The notes: generated from the letters alone by a model not told the origin. 64,000 bases of DNA from Octopus vulgaris (GCA_951406725.2 OX597833.1:39928001-39992000), one strand, 5' to 3'. Positions 1-12,149 are shown, counted from the first letter of the stretch. Numbers and translations are program-made.

Positions 1-32
1 TTAACAGAAAATACTTCTATACTTCTATATAA

Positions 33-292
33 GGGTAGCGAGCTGGCAAAGGGTGGTGAGCTGGCAGAAACATTAGCATGCCGGGCAAAATGCTTACTGG
101 TATTTCGTCTGCCACTATGTTCTGAGTTCAAATTCTGCTGAGGTCAACTTTGCCTTTCATCCTTTCGGGGTCAATAAATTAAATACCAGTTACACACTGG
201 GGTCAATGTAATTGACTTAATCCCTTTGTCTGTCCTTGTTTGTCCCCTCTATGTTTAGCCCCCCACCCCCACTGTGGGTAATAAAGAAATAA
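33..292 (+). mobile_element. SINE family A, full length, with duplicated 5' head and an approximately 18-bp target-site duplication
   Basis: Starts GGTGGTGAGCTGGCAGAA, has a B-box-like GAGTTCAAATTC and ends AATAAAGAAATAAG. AGAAAATACTTCTATACT flanks both sides (about 6-23 and 292-309). The same sequence recurs many times in the window. Confidence 0.85.
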
Positions 293-454
293 GAAAATAC
301 TTCTATACTTTATAGAATTCTTCACAGCTTGCTGCTGACAATTTTTTCTGCAATGTATGGATAGTTTATCCTGTTTATGCTGTAATATTAGCATCATCCT
401 CTGTTTGAGAATAAATTATTTCCTTATCTGTATCTGTTAATAAAAATATAATTC

Positions 455-640
455 TTTCTAATTTTGGTACAAGAGCATCAATTGTAAAGGGAATAGAAGG
501 TTAATTGCATCAACCCCAATGTTCACCTTGGTATTTATTTTATCAACATCAAAACAATGAAAAGGAAAAATTTTCTTCAGCAGAATATGAATTCAGAACA
601 TGGAGCTGAAAGAAATATTGCTAAGCATTTTGTTTCCAGC
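455..640 (-). mobile_element. degenerate SINE family A
   Basis: Reverse-complement match to the family A body (GCTAAGCATTTTG, AATTCAGAAC, CCCCAATG). Confidence 0.55.
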
Positions 641-701
641 ATAACATATTTAAAGGAGAAAATGTTCCCCATACATTCAAACGTTTGTATGCGCATGCAC
701 A

Positions 702-740
<39 letters not shown>

Positions 741-1707
741 CTTGATATTTCCCAGTTTCACTTAGCAATGTTTGAGTGAAAGAGTGATATGATGTTTACA
801 TTCTTTGATGATAATAAGACTCATCATTCTGTGCTTACTTGAAAAACGGATAACACTTGGTAACAAGAAGAACATCCAGCTGTAAAATTCTGCCTCTAAT
901 TAGTCCCTTCCAATCCATAAAACCATGGGAAACCTGATATTTAATGAACAAATGAACATATAAGATACTGAACCATCCCCAAAGCTTTCAAATTATGAAT
1001 TTAATGACTACTTCTACCCTCATATGGCTACTTGTTTTGTTACCTGAATATGAAGTTTTTTTTTTCTCCCAAAGTATTAAACATAAAACAAATTTATTTT
1101 AAAAAATATACAGTGTAATGGCTTCAACATTTTCCAAATCCAATTTCATGAATCTTCACACTTTTTTCTCAACAAAAATTTAATTACACATCTCTCTTTG
1201 CTAGGGTAAATATGAAAAAGAAATTTCATAGATAATATCTTAATACTTGCATGTCAAGTGAACTTAATTCACAGAAAAATATCTACACAGAACAGAAGAC
1301 TAAGTTTATGTCAGTGAATTGCTTCTATTCCTATCACTATATTCAGAAGGGATTTAGCAAATAAGAGGAGAATTTTCCAGTAATTTGTTTTATGAAAACA
1401 ATGGAGCTGGAACATGTTTGAAGATGCTGAGCCATCTCCAAATCTGACAAGCTATGTAGTTGAAGAAACTATGTGCTTCTTTTATAATTACTTCTTATTT
1501 TTATCTCTCTTTGAAAACGAGTTTTATGCTCAAAATATTAAATGTAAAATTTGGTAAATTTGCTTCTTTATTTTTAAAATATATTACATAATGCCTTCTT
1601 TATTTTTCAAATTAAATTTTACACACATACATGCTCATACACACACATGCTCATATTCTCACATATATATATAGTGAGGGAGATACACATGCACACTCAC
1701 ACATGTA

Positions 1708-1710
<3 letters not shown>

Positions 1711-1746
<36 letters not shown>

Positions 1747-1757
1747 TGGTGGTGCTG

Positions 1758-1806
<49 letters not shown>

Positions 1807-1958
1807 GAGGAGGAGGAGGAGGAAGCGGAGGAGGAGGAGGTGGAGTAAGAGGAGAAGGAGGAGGTGGAGTAAGAGGAGAAGGAGGAGGTGGAGTAAGAGG
1901 AGAAGGAGGAGGAAGAGGCGGCAGAGGTGCAGCAGCAGCAACAGCAACAGTAGTAATG
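1711..1958. repeat. compound microsatellite (TA)n-(GGT)n-(TAG)n-(GGA)n with three 24-bp units GGAGGAGGTGGAGTAAGAGGAGAA
   Basis: Read directly. It explains the low-complexity ORFs at 1631-2283. Confidence 0.9.
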
Positions 1959-2269
1959 AAAAGCAAAAAGGAAGACAGAAAAATAAGAACCTAAAAAAGA
2001 AAGCATTAAAACATGGTAGGTGTGGAGAAGGTGGGGGGGTACTAAGCAGGCACTGAGTTACATCACAGTTGGACTCTTGATTCTGGTGAAAAAGATAATT
2101 AAGCTGATTAATTTCTTTGATGGTAACAAAGGACCAGAACGTACAATGAACAAATGTCTCAATGTGATTGTGTTCACTCAAGCCCATCCACATCTTAATT
2201 GTCATTTGAAGCCTTAGTGAACCATAAACAAGCCTGATGCAACCAGACCAGATGCTACTATTACTTCTT

Positions 2270-2394
2270 TGCTTACAAACCACATGGTTCTGGGTTCAGT
2301 CTCACTACATGGCACCTTGGGCAAATGTCTTCTACTATAGCCTCGGGCCTTGTGAATGGATTTGGTAGACAGAAACTGAAAGAAGCCCATCGTA

Positions 2395-2462
<68 letters not shown>

Positions 2463-2674
2463 TTTGTGTATCTGTGTTTGTCCCCCCAACATCACTTGAC
2501 AACCGATGGTAGTGTGTTTACGTCCCCATAACCTAGCTGTTCGGCAAAAGAGACCGATAGAATAAGTACTAGGCTTACAAAGAATAAGTCCTGGCATCAA
2601 TTTGTTCGGCTAAAGGTGGTGCTCCAGCATAGCCACAGTCAAATGACTGAAACAAGTAAAAGAGTAAAAAGAGT
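2270..2674 (+). mobile_element. SINE family B, 5'-truncated, followed by (TAA)n
   Basis: GGTTCTGGGTTCAGTC...GAAACTGAAAGAAGCCC-(TA)n(TG)n-TGTTTGTCCCCCCAAC...GACTGAAACAAGTAAAAGAGTAAAA. Confidence 0.9.
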
Positions 2675-2686
2675 AATAATAATAGC

Positions 2687-2745
<59 letters not shown>

Positions 2746-2768
2746 TAATAATGATAATAATAATGGTA

Positions 2769-3105
2769 ACTTCTTCTACAATAGGCATAAGGCCTGAAAT
2801 TTTGTGATCTGTGACAAGAGGGGCTACTTAATTACAGTGACCCCAGTGATCAACTGGTACTTATTTTATTGACCCTTGAAAGGATGACAGGCAAAGTTGA
2901 GCTCAGCAGAATTTGAACTCAGATGATAAAGGGTTGGAAGAACCACTGCTAAGCATTATGTCCTATGTGCTAATGATTCTGTCAACTCACAACCTTCTTT
3001 GAAAGGATTAAAGACATATTTGACCTTGGTGAGATTTGAACTCAGAACATATAGATCCACAAAGCATTTTGTCCAAGATGCTAACAATTCTTCCTGCTCA
3101 CCATT
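2769..3105 (-). mobile_element. degenerate SINE family A (one copy plus a second partial head)
   Basis: CAACTGGTACTTATTTTATTGACCC...GGCAAAGTTGA...GAATTTGAACTCAGA, with the last motif present twice. Confidence 0.65.
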
Positions 3106-3858
3106 CATACATAACATTCTATGCTAGCCTTTTGTGGTATAAAACCTTAAATAAATAAATAAGTTTCAGAAATCAGTTGATAAAACTTTAAATAAAGATA
3201 AAACTTTAAATAAATGAATAATTTTCAGAAATTTATTGACAAATTAACAAAGTAATTAGTAAATAAATAATCAATCCATTAATTAATGTCACAGATCAGA
3301 AAAGGTGTAAGATTCTAAAAGTGATTACTGTGGATTTCCTTATGCTGAGTGCACTTATCATGTTACAAGGCTTGCTGCAAAATAGACAAAGCAACGTGTC
3401 ATTAAGAGATAGTAATTTAATAAATGTATTTACAAAATTGAAGTAAATAAAGATTGCTGGGGAAAAAAATACTCATGTTGAAATAATAGAAATTAAGACA
3501 TTTCAAAAGTATAGTATTAAAGGTTAAAATAACTATTATAAATGTATAAGACCATAATCTTACTTTTTTAAGTGAAGGGTTAAGAATGCAGCCAGATCAG
3601 ATTATAAATATCTAAGGCATGTGTTCAAAATTGCCATAATAATTCTAAATGACCTGTAATGAGGAAGAGTCAGCAAAACAATGATAGTAAAATGCAAATG
3701 AATATCTTATGAATGAATGAAGGTGAAGAATGAATGTAATGACAGAGTGATAGAACAATGCCTTGATAAACTTGTAATTAGAAGATTGAATGGAAATTTA
3801 AAATAAACAGTGAAACCAAGGTTATCCAGTACATGTATATAAAGTTAATATGTATATA

Positions 3859-5533
3859 GGTGCAGGAGTGACTGTGTGGTAAGAAGCTTGCTTCCCAACC
3901 ACACGGTTACTGGTTCAGTTCCACTGCATGGCATCTTGGGCAACTGTTTTTTACTATAGCCTCGGGCTGAACAAAGCTGTGTGAGTGGATTTGGTAGACA
4001 GAAACTGAAAGAAGCCTGTCGTGTATACACAGGGGTTGGACAAAATAATGGAAACACCTTAAAATTTCAAGCAAATTTATTTTGATATGGGGTAGGACCA
4101 CCTTTGGTAGTAATTACAGCTTGAATTCTATGAGGTATGGACTCGTACAAAGTTTGAATTGTTTTGAAAGGAATTTTTGTCCATTCTTCAGCTAAAACTA
4201 TCTCCAGTTCTTGTAGTGATGATGGTGGAAGATATCGACTCCTTTTCCTGTTTTCTTAAAATGCACCATAAATGTTCAATAATATTGAGATCTGGGGACT
4301 ATGGTGGCCAGATAAGATGTTCAACTTAACTGGAATGTTTATCGTGCTATTCAGTAACAATTTAGCTGTGTGAATTGGTGCATTATCATCCCGAAAGATT
4401 GAGTTTCCCTCTGGAAACAGTTCCGCAACCATAGGATGAATTTGGTCAGATAAAATGCTTAAATGATCTTGACTATTAATTCTGCCATGAAGGGAAACCA
4501 TTAGGCTGGTGGATTTCCAAACTATAGCCCTCCAGATCATCGCAGATTCTCCTCCATGTTTAACAGTTGTAAGAAGGCAGTCTGGGTCAAATGCTTCTTT
4601 TGGCTGTCTCTACATGTATACTCGGCCAGTGATTGGAAATAAGGTAAAGGATGACTTATCCAAGAAAATAACATTCTTCTACTGCTCTAGGGACCAATTC
4701 TGTAGGTTTTTACTCCACTCTAAATGCTTTGCAACGTTTGTTTTTGAAAGTAGTGGTTTTCTGATTGTAGCCCTCCTGTGAAATCCAGCTTTGAGCAGCT
4801 CCCAGCGAACTGTTTTTGTGGAAACTGGGCTCTTGAGCTGGTCATAAAGCTCTGCTGTAATTTAGGGAGCTGTACTTTTGTGATCCTTTCTAATAATTCA
4901 CGTAAGAGTCCAACAGTCCCTATCTGAAAGTTTTGGTTTTCTTCCAGAGTTCTGTTTTGATGGGGAGGTTTTTCCCTCTTTCTCAAAGGCTGTCATTATT
5001 TTCGAGATAGTACTTCTTGATACAGCAAACATTTCGGCTGTTTTCATTATGCTAGCACCTGCCATACAAGCACCAACAATTTTACCTCTTTCAAAATTTG
5101 ATAGATTTGTCATTTTAATGAATTTTAATTACCTTTTTCTGATGATATTAGAAAAGAAACAGCAATTTTTGCAAAATATATTACACAACACTAATAATAA
5201 ATTGAAAAACAAAAATAAACAAGCTTTTGACGGTTTTATTGATATTTCAAAATTATGATGCTATGATGCTAGGTGTTGCCATTATTTTGTCCAACCCCTG
5301 TATATATATATATATATATTTGTGCATCTGTGTTTGTCCCCCACCACCATTGCTTTACAACCGATGTTGGTGTGTTTACATCCCCAAAATTTTGTGGTTT
5401 AGCAAAAGAGACCGATAGAATAAGTACTAAGCTTAGAAAGAATAAATCCCAGAGTTGATTTATTTGACTAAAGGTGGTGCTCCAGCATGGCCACAGTCAA
5501 AATGACTGAAACAAGTAAAAGAGTAAAAGAGTA
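3859..5533 (+). mobile_element. SINE family B split by a Tc1 insertion in its central (TA)n
   Basis: 5' half at 3859-4027 and 3' half at 5301-5533 join across the Tc1. Confidence 0.9.
4030..5300 (-). mobile_element. Tc1-family DNA transposon with both TIRs; transposase pseudogene
   Basis: TIRs are CAGGGGTTGGACAAAATAATGGAAACACCT and AGGTGTTGCCATTATTTTGTCCAACCCCTG, with TA on the right flank. Minus-strand peptides include MTNLSNFERGKIVG...SGRKPKLSDRD (HTH/GRPR-like), FRDDNAPIHTAK and WPP*SPDLNIIEHLW, interrupted by frameshifts and stops. Confidence 0.95.
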
Positions 5534-5845
5534 TATAAAGATCTAAGGTGGTGGTCTGGCAGAATTGTTAACACGTTGGGCCAAATACTTAGAGACATTT
5601 CATCTGACTGTTGTGGGAATGATAGTAATAATGGTACACCCTTCTCATTTGATGAGTGGTATGTAATAATCACTATAAATAAGGTGATGTCAGTATAATG
5701 GAGAGCATGAAGTAGACAGTCATAGGCAGTTGTGATTTTACTTGTCTTACTAATTATACTGCTATACTAGAGTAGGCATTATAACAATCTAACATTAAGG
5801 ATTACAATAGTAGCGATGAGGAATTAACAAACTCACAAGGAATTA

Positions 5846-6590
5846 ATGAATTCACAGAAGTTTTTTTGTGCAAATTTTATGGAAAAAATTATGGAAAATT
5901 TGTTGGCTGGTTTGCTCAAGTTGCAAAAGCAGCAACAACAACAACTGAAAGAACAACAGCAGAAACAACAACAGCAACAACAGCAGAAACAACAACAGCA
6001 ACAACAACATGAAAGAACAACAACAGTGGCAGCTATAACTGCAAGAACAACAACAACAACAACAATTACTATTATAACAACAAATGCTGCAATTAATGAA
6101 GAGTAAGTTGTCAGGAGATGCTGAAGAAATGTTCTCACCAGATTATGTTGTGAACTCAATAACAGAGTTTAAGTACAAACCAGACAAAAGAGTTACCTTC
6201 GAGGCTTACTACAGGAGATATGAACAAAAGTTCAATAAAGCATGCAAAGATTGGGACAATGATATAAAAATGTGTTTAATCTTCGGAAAACTGGCAGCAG
6301 GAGAACATGAGCATTACAGCAATTATGTACTCCTGGAAAAAAACCTTCTGACATAAACTTTAAAGACACAATAGATATTTTTTTTTTTTTACTTGTTTCA
6401 GTCATTTGACTGTGGCCATGCTGGAGCACCGCCTTTAGTCGAGCAAATCGACCCCGGGACTTATTCTTTGTAAGCCCAGTATTTATTCTATCGGTCTCTT
6501 TTGTCGAACCGCTAAGTGATGGGGACGTAAACACACCAGCATCGGTTGTCAAGCAATGCTAGAGGGACAAACACAGACACCCAAACATAT

Positions 6591-6633
<43 letters not shown>

Positions 6634-6832
6634 AAATTAAGGATAAAATCTTTATAAGAAATTATCAGTAGTTAGCGTGAAAACCTCGTAAGAGAAAAAA
6701 TTCGTAAATTTTTCCACTTTTAAAATATTTATATTATATAGAGGGTACTATTATTCATAGGTACTGCACGCTAGGAGGGACTTTTGCAGTCAAAACTACT
6801 AGTAGTTTTGACTGCAATAGTCCCTCTATATA

Positions 6833-6888
<56 letters not shown>

Positions 6889-7575
6889 GACAGGCTTCTT
6901 CTAGTTTCCGTCTACCAAATCCACTCACAAGACTTAGGTCGGCCCAAGGCTATAGTAGAAGACACTTGCCCAAGATGCCATGCAGTGGGACTGAACCCAG
7001 AACCATGTGGTTCATAAGTGACCTACTTACCACACAGCCACTCCTGCGCCTGTGGTAGTGTGTAAAGATTTTAGGGAGAAAAGCTTGTTGTTCAATACAT
7101 GTTGCAAATGTTTGAACTTAGAAAACAACAATGAGGAGGACTACATCACATATGCTGGTAGAGTTAACAGGGAATGTGAAAAGTTCAAGCTGGATGAATT
7201 AATGCCAGATATGGTCAAGTGCTTGATATCTACTCAGGGACTAACTGTAGAGTAAGATGCAGAAGTAAGAACAAGAATTCTCACTAAGCTGGAATAGAAC
7301 CAAGCTGTAACCTTACAAGTGTCAGAAGTGAAATAATAGCAAATTTAAGACATGACACAGAAAATTGAACATAAAAATTCCTCCCAAGTGAAACAAGTGC
7401 GAAATAGGCAGAATAGAAATCAAGTGTATACTAAAATACACTACAAACAGGACAAGAATCAGGAAAAATCCCATGTTTTGCATTTGGAGGTCTACACCTG
7501 AGGAAAAACTATCTATTTAGGAAAGCGGAATGCTACCATTGTTGAAAAATTGGACACGTAAAAGTGCACTGTGAA
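5846..7575 (+). pseudogene. Gypsy gag pseudogene (K02A2.6-like), interrupted by a (CAA)n tract and a SINE
   Basis: Peptides ITEFKYKPDKRVTFEAYYRRYE...GKLAAGEHEHYSNYVL and EDYITYAGRVNRECEKFKL...KCLI; zinc knuckle CYHC*KIGHVKVHC near 7530-7572. Confidence 0.85.
6389..7050 (-). mobile_element. SINE family B inserted in Gypsy gag, carrying a hairpin insert at 6631-6840
   Basis: Complete reverse-complement family B copy with many CpGs retained. Confidence 0.9.
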
Positions 7576-7639
7576 ACCAAAATGACAAAACGTTGGAACA
7601 AAGAAAAAAGAATACATAGTATGTCGTCAACAGAAAAGT

Positions 7640-8280
7640 TTCAAGTTAACAGAAAAAAATGCAAGTTCTTTATGAAAAAATTAAATACTTGGGTCAGATA
7701 ATAGATAAAAATAGACAGAAACCAGGTCCATCTAGAGCAGCTGTGATAAAAATATATACCCACACTGAATAAGGAAGTTGTACAAAGAAGTCACGGATAA
7801 GGTAGCTCTACAACAATTCTTAAGAGTATACCATGTGATACCAAATCCAAATATACCTGCAGGTTTGTCACCAGTAGAGCCAATGTTTTCAAGGAAAATA
7901 AAATCAGTCTTCAACAAATTGCTACCGGGCAAGAAAAGAAAAATTGAAAGGGAAAATACAGCAAGATTTTTCAAAATTGGTGAAAGGTGTTTGTGAGGAC
8001 ATATAAGAATGAAAAACAGAGTTGGGAAGATGGCATGATTACCAGATGCAATGCTATACTTAGTAAAAAGTAGAAAAGGCATATACAAAAGACACATGAG
8101 CCAACAGTAAAAAAGATTCATAAAGAGTGAACTCAAGAGAATAGAAGAACCAATGGAATGGTTATATGATACTTTTCAAATACCAATGCCACCACAGGTG
8201 ATTAAACCCAGACGCACAAGCGAAAGAAAAAGAAAATGTACAGAGTTCCTGGAAGTGGATGCCAAACAGAAAAAATATTA
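7640..8280 (+). pseudogene. Gypsy pol remnants: short RT C-terminal piece and integrase C-terminus
   Basis: KCKFFM/IKYLGQIIDK (RT end, frameshifted); LQQFLRVYHVIPNPNIPAGLSPVEPMFSRKIKS (integrase tail). Protease, RT core, RNase H and the DDE core are absent. Confidence 0.75.
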
Positions 8281-8859
8281 AATGTAAGAAAAATACTCAA
8301 AAAAGGGAGATAGGGGTAATGTAGAAAGTATTGCTATTAAAAGAAATGAAATGACACTCCCTAAGAAAATAAAGAAAAATTTAAAAGGGGAGAGGTTGTG
8401 GAGATAATAATAATAATGATATGCCCCTCCCATGTGATGAGTGGTATATGCTAGTCACTATAAATAAGGTGACATCGGTCAGTATGAAGGAGAGTATGAA
8501 ATAGACGGTCATAGATAGTCATGATCTTACTTGTCTTACTAACTATACTGCTATACTAGAGTGGGCATTATAACAATCCAACATTAAGGATTACAACACT
8601 GACTTCACATTCTGAGTTCAAATTCTGCCAAGGTTGACCTATGTCTTTCAACTTTTCAGGGTCAATAAAATAAGTACCAGCTGAACAATGAAGTTGATGT
8701 AATCAACTTACCTTTTGCTCTGAAATTGCTGACCTTGTGCCAAAATTTGAAAGCAATAATTATATAAAGATATGTATATAAAGTTAGATATTAAGAAAAT
8801 AAGGATAAATTGAAAAAGCACAGGTGAGTAATGAGAAAATAGTAAAAATTTAAGTTTCA

Positions 8860-9020
8860 GCCGATTACACTGTCCCCAGAGTTCAACTGGTACTTATTTT
8901 ATCGACCTCAAAAGGATGAAATGCAAAGTCATCCTTGGCAGAATTTGAACTCAAAAGATGAAAACAGACAACATGTCACAAAGCATTTCACCCAACATGT
9001 TGTGAGCTCCTCCAGCTCAA
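8860..9020 (-). mobile_element. degenerate SINE family A
   Basis: CAACTGGTACTTATTTTATCGACC...GAATTTGAACTCA. Confidence 0.65.
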
Positions 9021-10009
9021 ATATTGAAGCTGTAAATTCAAAGGTTGACATTAATAAGTATACTACTTAGACAAGTTTTTTAAAAATTGTGACTGATCTC
9101 AGAGTAAAGGTGAGAATCTAAAATTGAAAATTATAAAATTGAAAATATTAGAGAATTTGACTCAGAGTTTGAACAAATTTAAAATTTAACAAAGCATCTT
9201 TTAAACAGAATTTAATATATGAAGTAAAGTTATTAAGATTATATGGTTTGTAAAAATCTGGCAAGATGACAAATAGAGATAATTATAGAAAACAGGCAAT
9301 GAGAAAGCTATGAAAGTTATAAAAGTATAAATTAAAGACAAAAATATTTTTCTTATTCTCTACCTCTCCTCTCATCTCATTTTCCCTTCTCTGCACTTTC
9401 AAATTGACCTACTTCTTCTCATTCAGCTCCTCTTTACTTCTACTTTTCTCACCTTGATTTTCCCTCTTCCCACTTCCTGCTCACATATGAAGCTTTCATG
9501 GCGTTGTGTTCCTTATCAGCTGCAGCCAGTTTTTCTAATTTAGAAATGAAGAAGGACTCTATCTGAAATGTTGGTTTTTTTCATATTCCTTGACAAATTC
9601 ACTCTACTTTTTATTATTGATTTCACTTCATAGATATATGTGTATATATATAACAAGTAAGAAAGGTAAGGTGAGAGAATAGATGTTTATTCCATTCATT
9701 TACAGCCATTTAGTTAGATAATAGATATTACATCAACATTCACAGGCATATAAAATATGCATATAAATGTATATATAAATATATAAATAAATATATATGC
9801 ATGAGTACACCCTCTATGTACAATGGTACTGAGAAGGAAACTAACAGGCTAATCTTCAAAATGATTCATGACAGTCAAAAACATCAACTCTATTTATTAG
9901 AGAGCAAGCTGACCCCATACATTTATCCACAGACAATAGATGTACTGAGCATGTTGCCATCTACGATTTGCTTTAAGGGGTTAGTTGCCTTTTTGAGTCA
10001 TGTTGACTC

Positions 10010-10186
10010 ATAAGGGCCAATTTCCCAGTTTCCATGGTGCATAAATTTGCCAGCTGAGTGGACTGGAGCAATGTGAAATGAAAAGTTTTGCTCAAGAACA
10101 CACTCTGTCACTCAGCCCAGGAATCGAAACCATAATCTCACAATCATGAGTCCAACACCCTAACCACTAAACCACACACCTCCACT
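10010..10186 (-). mobile_element. tRNA-head SINE family E
   Basis: Minus strand reads GTGGAGGTGTGTGGTTTAGTGGTTAGGGTG...GGTTTCGATTCC (A and B boxes) then TGTTCTTGAGCAA. Homologous to 61660-61985 and 26736-26855. Confidence 0.75.
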
Positions 10187-10326
10187 TAAGGGGGTAGTGG
10201 TCATAGTTCAAAACAAATTCAGAGGAAGAATCAGTACATGAATGCAGTAAAGTCAAAAACAAAAACAAACTTAGAAAATTGCTATTTTTAAATCTCACAA
10301 CAAGAGATATTCAGCAACACTACTTT

Positions 10327-10544
10327 GGAATAAAGATTTTTGCCAACATAACATGATAGTCCTGGTTTAGGACGAATGTAATTGTCTTGAGCTGAGTGGG
10401 AGTGCTAGAATCCTTTGTTCAAAAATATAAGGGCACATATTATGTCATATAGCCAGCTGGAGACAATGTCTCATGGGGCTAAATTACAGTAAGATTCGTC
10501 CTAAACCAGGACTGCCATGTTATGTTGGCAAAAATCTTTACTCC
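10327..10544. mobile_element. fold-back element with approximately 55-bp inverted ends; body homologous to the ribozyme-linked repeat
   Basis: GGAATAAAGATTTTTGCCAACATAACATGATAGTCCTGGTTTAGGACGAAT pairs with ATTCGTCCTAAACCAGGACTGCCATGTTATGTTGGCAAAAATCTTTACTCC. The body matches 29650-29800 (+) and 45110-45240 (-). Confidence 0.75.
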
Positions 10545-10707
10545 AAAAGCAAACTTCTTTTTAAATTCAAATAAACAGAAAAATATAAATTATATGAAAT
10601 ATAAAATATATAAATATAAAATATAGCATCCAGTTGCAGGGGCTGCAAATAACTACAATGGTGAAATGGCTTAGAACCAATGAGATATAAACTTCCTTTA
10701 TTATATA

Positions 10708-11131
10708 GGTGCAGACGTGGCTGTGTGGTAAGAAGCTTCCTTCCCAACCACATAGCTCTGGGTTTATTCCTACTTTGTGGCACTTTAGGCAAGTGTCTTC
10801 TTCTATAGCCTCAGGCTGACCAAAAACTTTTGTGTGGATTTGGTAGATGAAAACTGAAAGAAGCTCATGTATATATATACACACACACATGTGTGTATGT
10901 ATCTATGTGTATGTCTCTGTAATTGTATCCCTGCCATTGCTTGACAACCGATGCTGGTGTGTTTATGTCCCCATAACTTAGTGGTTTGGCAAAAGGAATC
11001 GATAAAATAAGTATTAGGCTTACAATGAATAAGTCTTGGGGTCGATTTCTTCGACTAAAAGCCCTGTAAGAGGGTACTCCAGCATGGCTACAGTCAGATG
11101 GCTGAAACAACTCATAAAATAAAAGAATAAA
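10708..11131 (+). mobile_element. SINE family B
   Basis: Full head, central microsatellite and tail. Confidence 0.9.
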
Positions 11132-11252
11132 AGAACATTCTACTCAGTAAGTACAACAGTAATGACAGCACTCTACTGGAGAGCAGACTGGAAGATGATA
11201 ATTTACATAGAGCTCTAAATCCAACACTAGCAGTTATACATCTAATTGTATG

Positions 11253-11422
11253 CATAGGAGTGGCTGTGTGGTAAGTAGCTTGTTTACCAACCACATGGTT
11301 CTGGGTTCAGTCCCACTGCATGGCACCTTGGGCAAGTGACTTCTACTATAGCCTCAGGCTGACCAAAGCCTTGTGAGTGGATTTTGTAAACGGAAACTGA
11401 AAGAAGCCCGTCGTATATATGC

Positions 11423-11458
<36 letters not shown>

Positions 11459-11684
11459 GTGTGTGTGTGTTTATATGTTTGTGTGTCTGCGTTTGTCCCC
11501 CCAACATCGCTTGACAACCGATGCTGGTGTGTTAACATCCCCGTAACTTAGCAGTTCTGCAAAAGACACCGATAGAATAAGTACTAGGCTTACAAAGAAT
11601 AAGTCCTGGAGTCGATTTGCTCGACTAAAGGCGGTGCTCCAGCATGGCCACATTCACATGACTGAAACAAGTAAAAAAAAAAAG
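11253..11684 (+). mobile_element. SINE family B
   Basis: A-box-like TGGCTGTGTGG, B-box-like GGTTCAGTCCC, complete body. Confidence 0.92.
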
Positions 11685-11701
11685 TATATATATATATATA
11701 T

Positions 11702-12051
11702 CAGGGACATGCCGCCTAAGTAGGCAAAGTAGGCAGTGCCTTCCCTAAATAAAATAGATCAATGACAGCATTTTCCTTTTATGGCAAACTATGCAACTAA
11801 TTCAATAAAATTATGAAGGTTACTCTGATTACTATACTTTTTCAAACTCAGTATTTAAGCTATGAATAGTACTACTGTAGTACATGTGCTGCATACACTC
11901 CTACAACAATGTTTTCTTTATGTGCTATAAAGGCAGAAGTAAATTTTCTTCAACTCAATCACATGCCAGTATTTCACTTTTTTTGCATGTGTTTTACTGC
12001 ATAAAGGTCACCAACTGCCTACCCTGAGTAATTACTGATGTCACATGCCTG
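11702..12051. mobile_element. putative non-autonomous DNA transposon (CAGG...CCTG ends) within (TA)n
   Basis: CAGGGACATG...CATGCCTG termini, subterminal TAGGCAG/CTGCCTA, and (TA)n on both sides. Confidence 0.45.
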
Positions 12052-12098
<47 letters not shown>

Positions 12099-12149
12099 AA
12101 AGAACATATATATACATATATATGTGTGTGTGTGTGTGTGCATATATAT

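Larger units (their letters stand above)
5609..8598 (+). mobile_element. Ty3/Gypsy LTR retrotransposon, internally deleted, both LTRs retained
   Basis: LTRs at about 5609-5809 and 8394-8598 (TGTTG...CAACA outer termini). CTGAC TSD at 5604-5608 and 8599-8603. PBS-like GTAGCGATGAGG at 5810. PPT AAAAGGGGAGA at 8383-8393. Confidence 0.93.
5546..8757 (+). mobile_element. SINE family A split by the Gypsy element (halves at 5546-5608 and 8599-8757)
   Basis: ...CATTTCATCTGAC | TTCACATTCTGAGTTCAAATTCTGCC... rejoins to the family A consensus. Confidence 0.85.

Noticed and set aside
1631-2283. Arg/Ser-rich protamine-like or Gly-rich ORFs
   Set aside because: They are translations of compound microsatellites with no splice or codon evidence.
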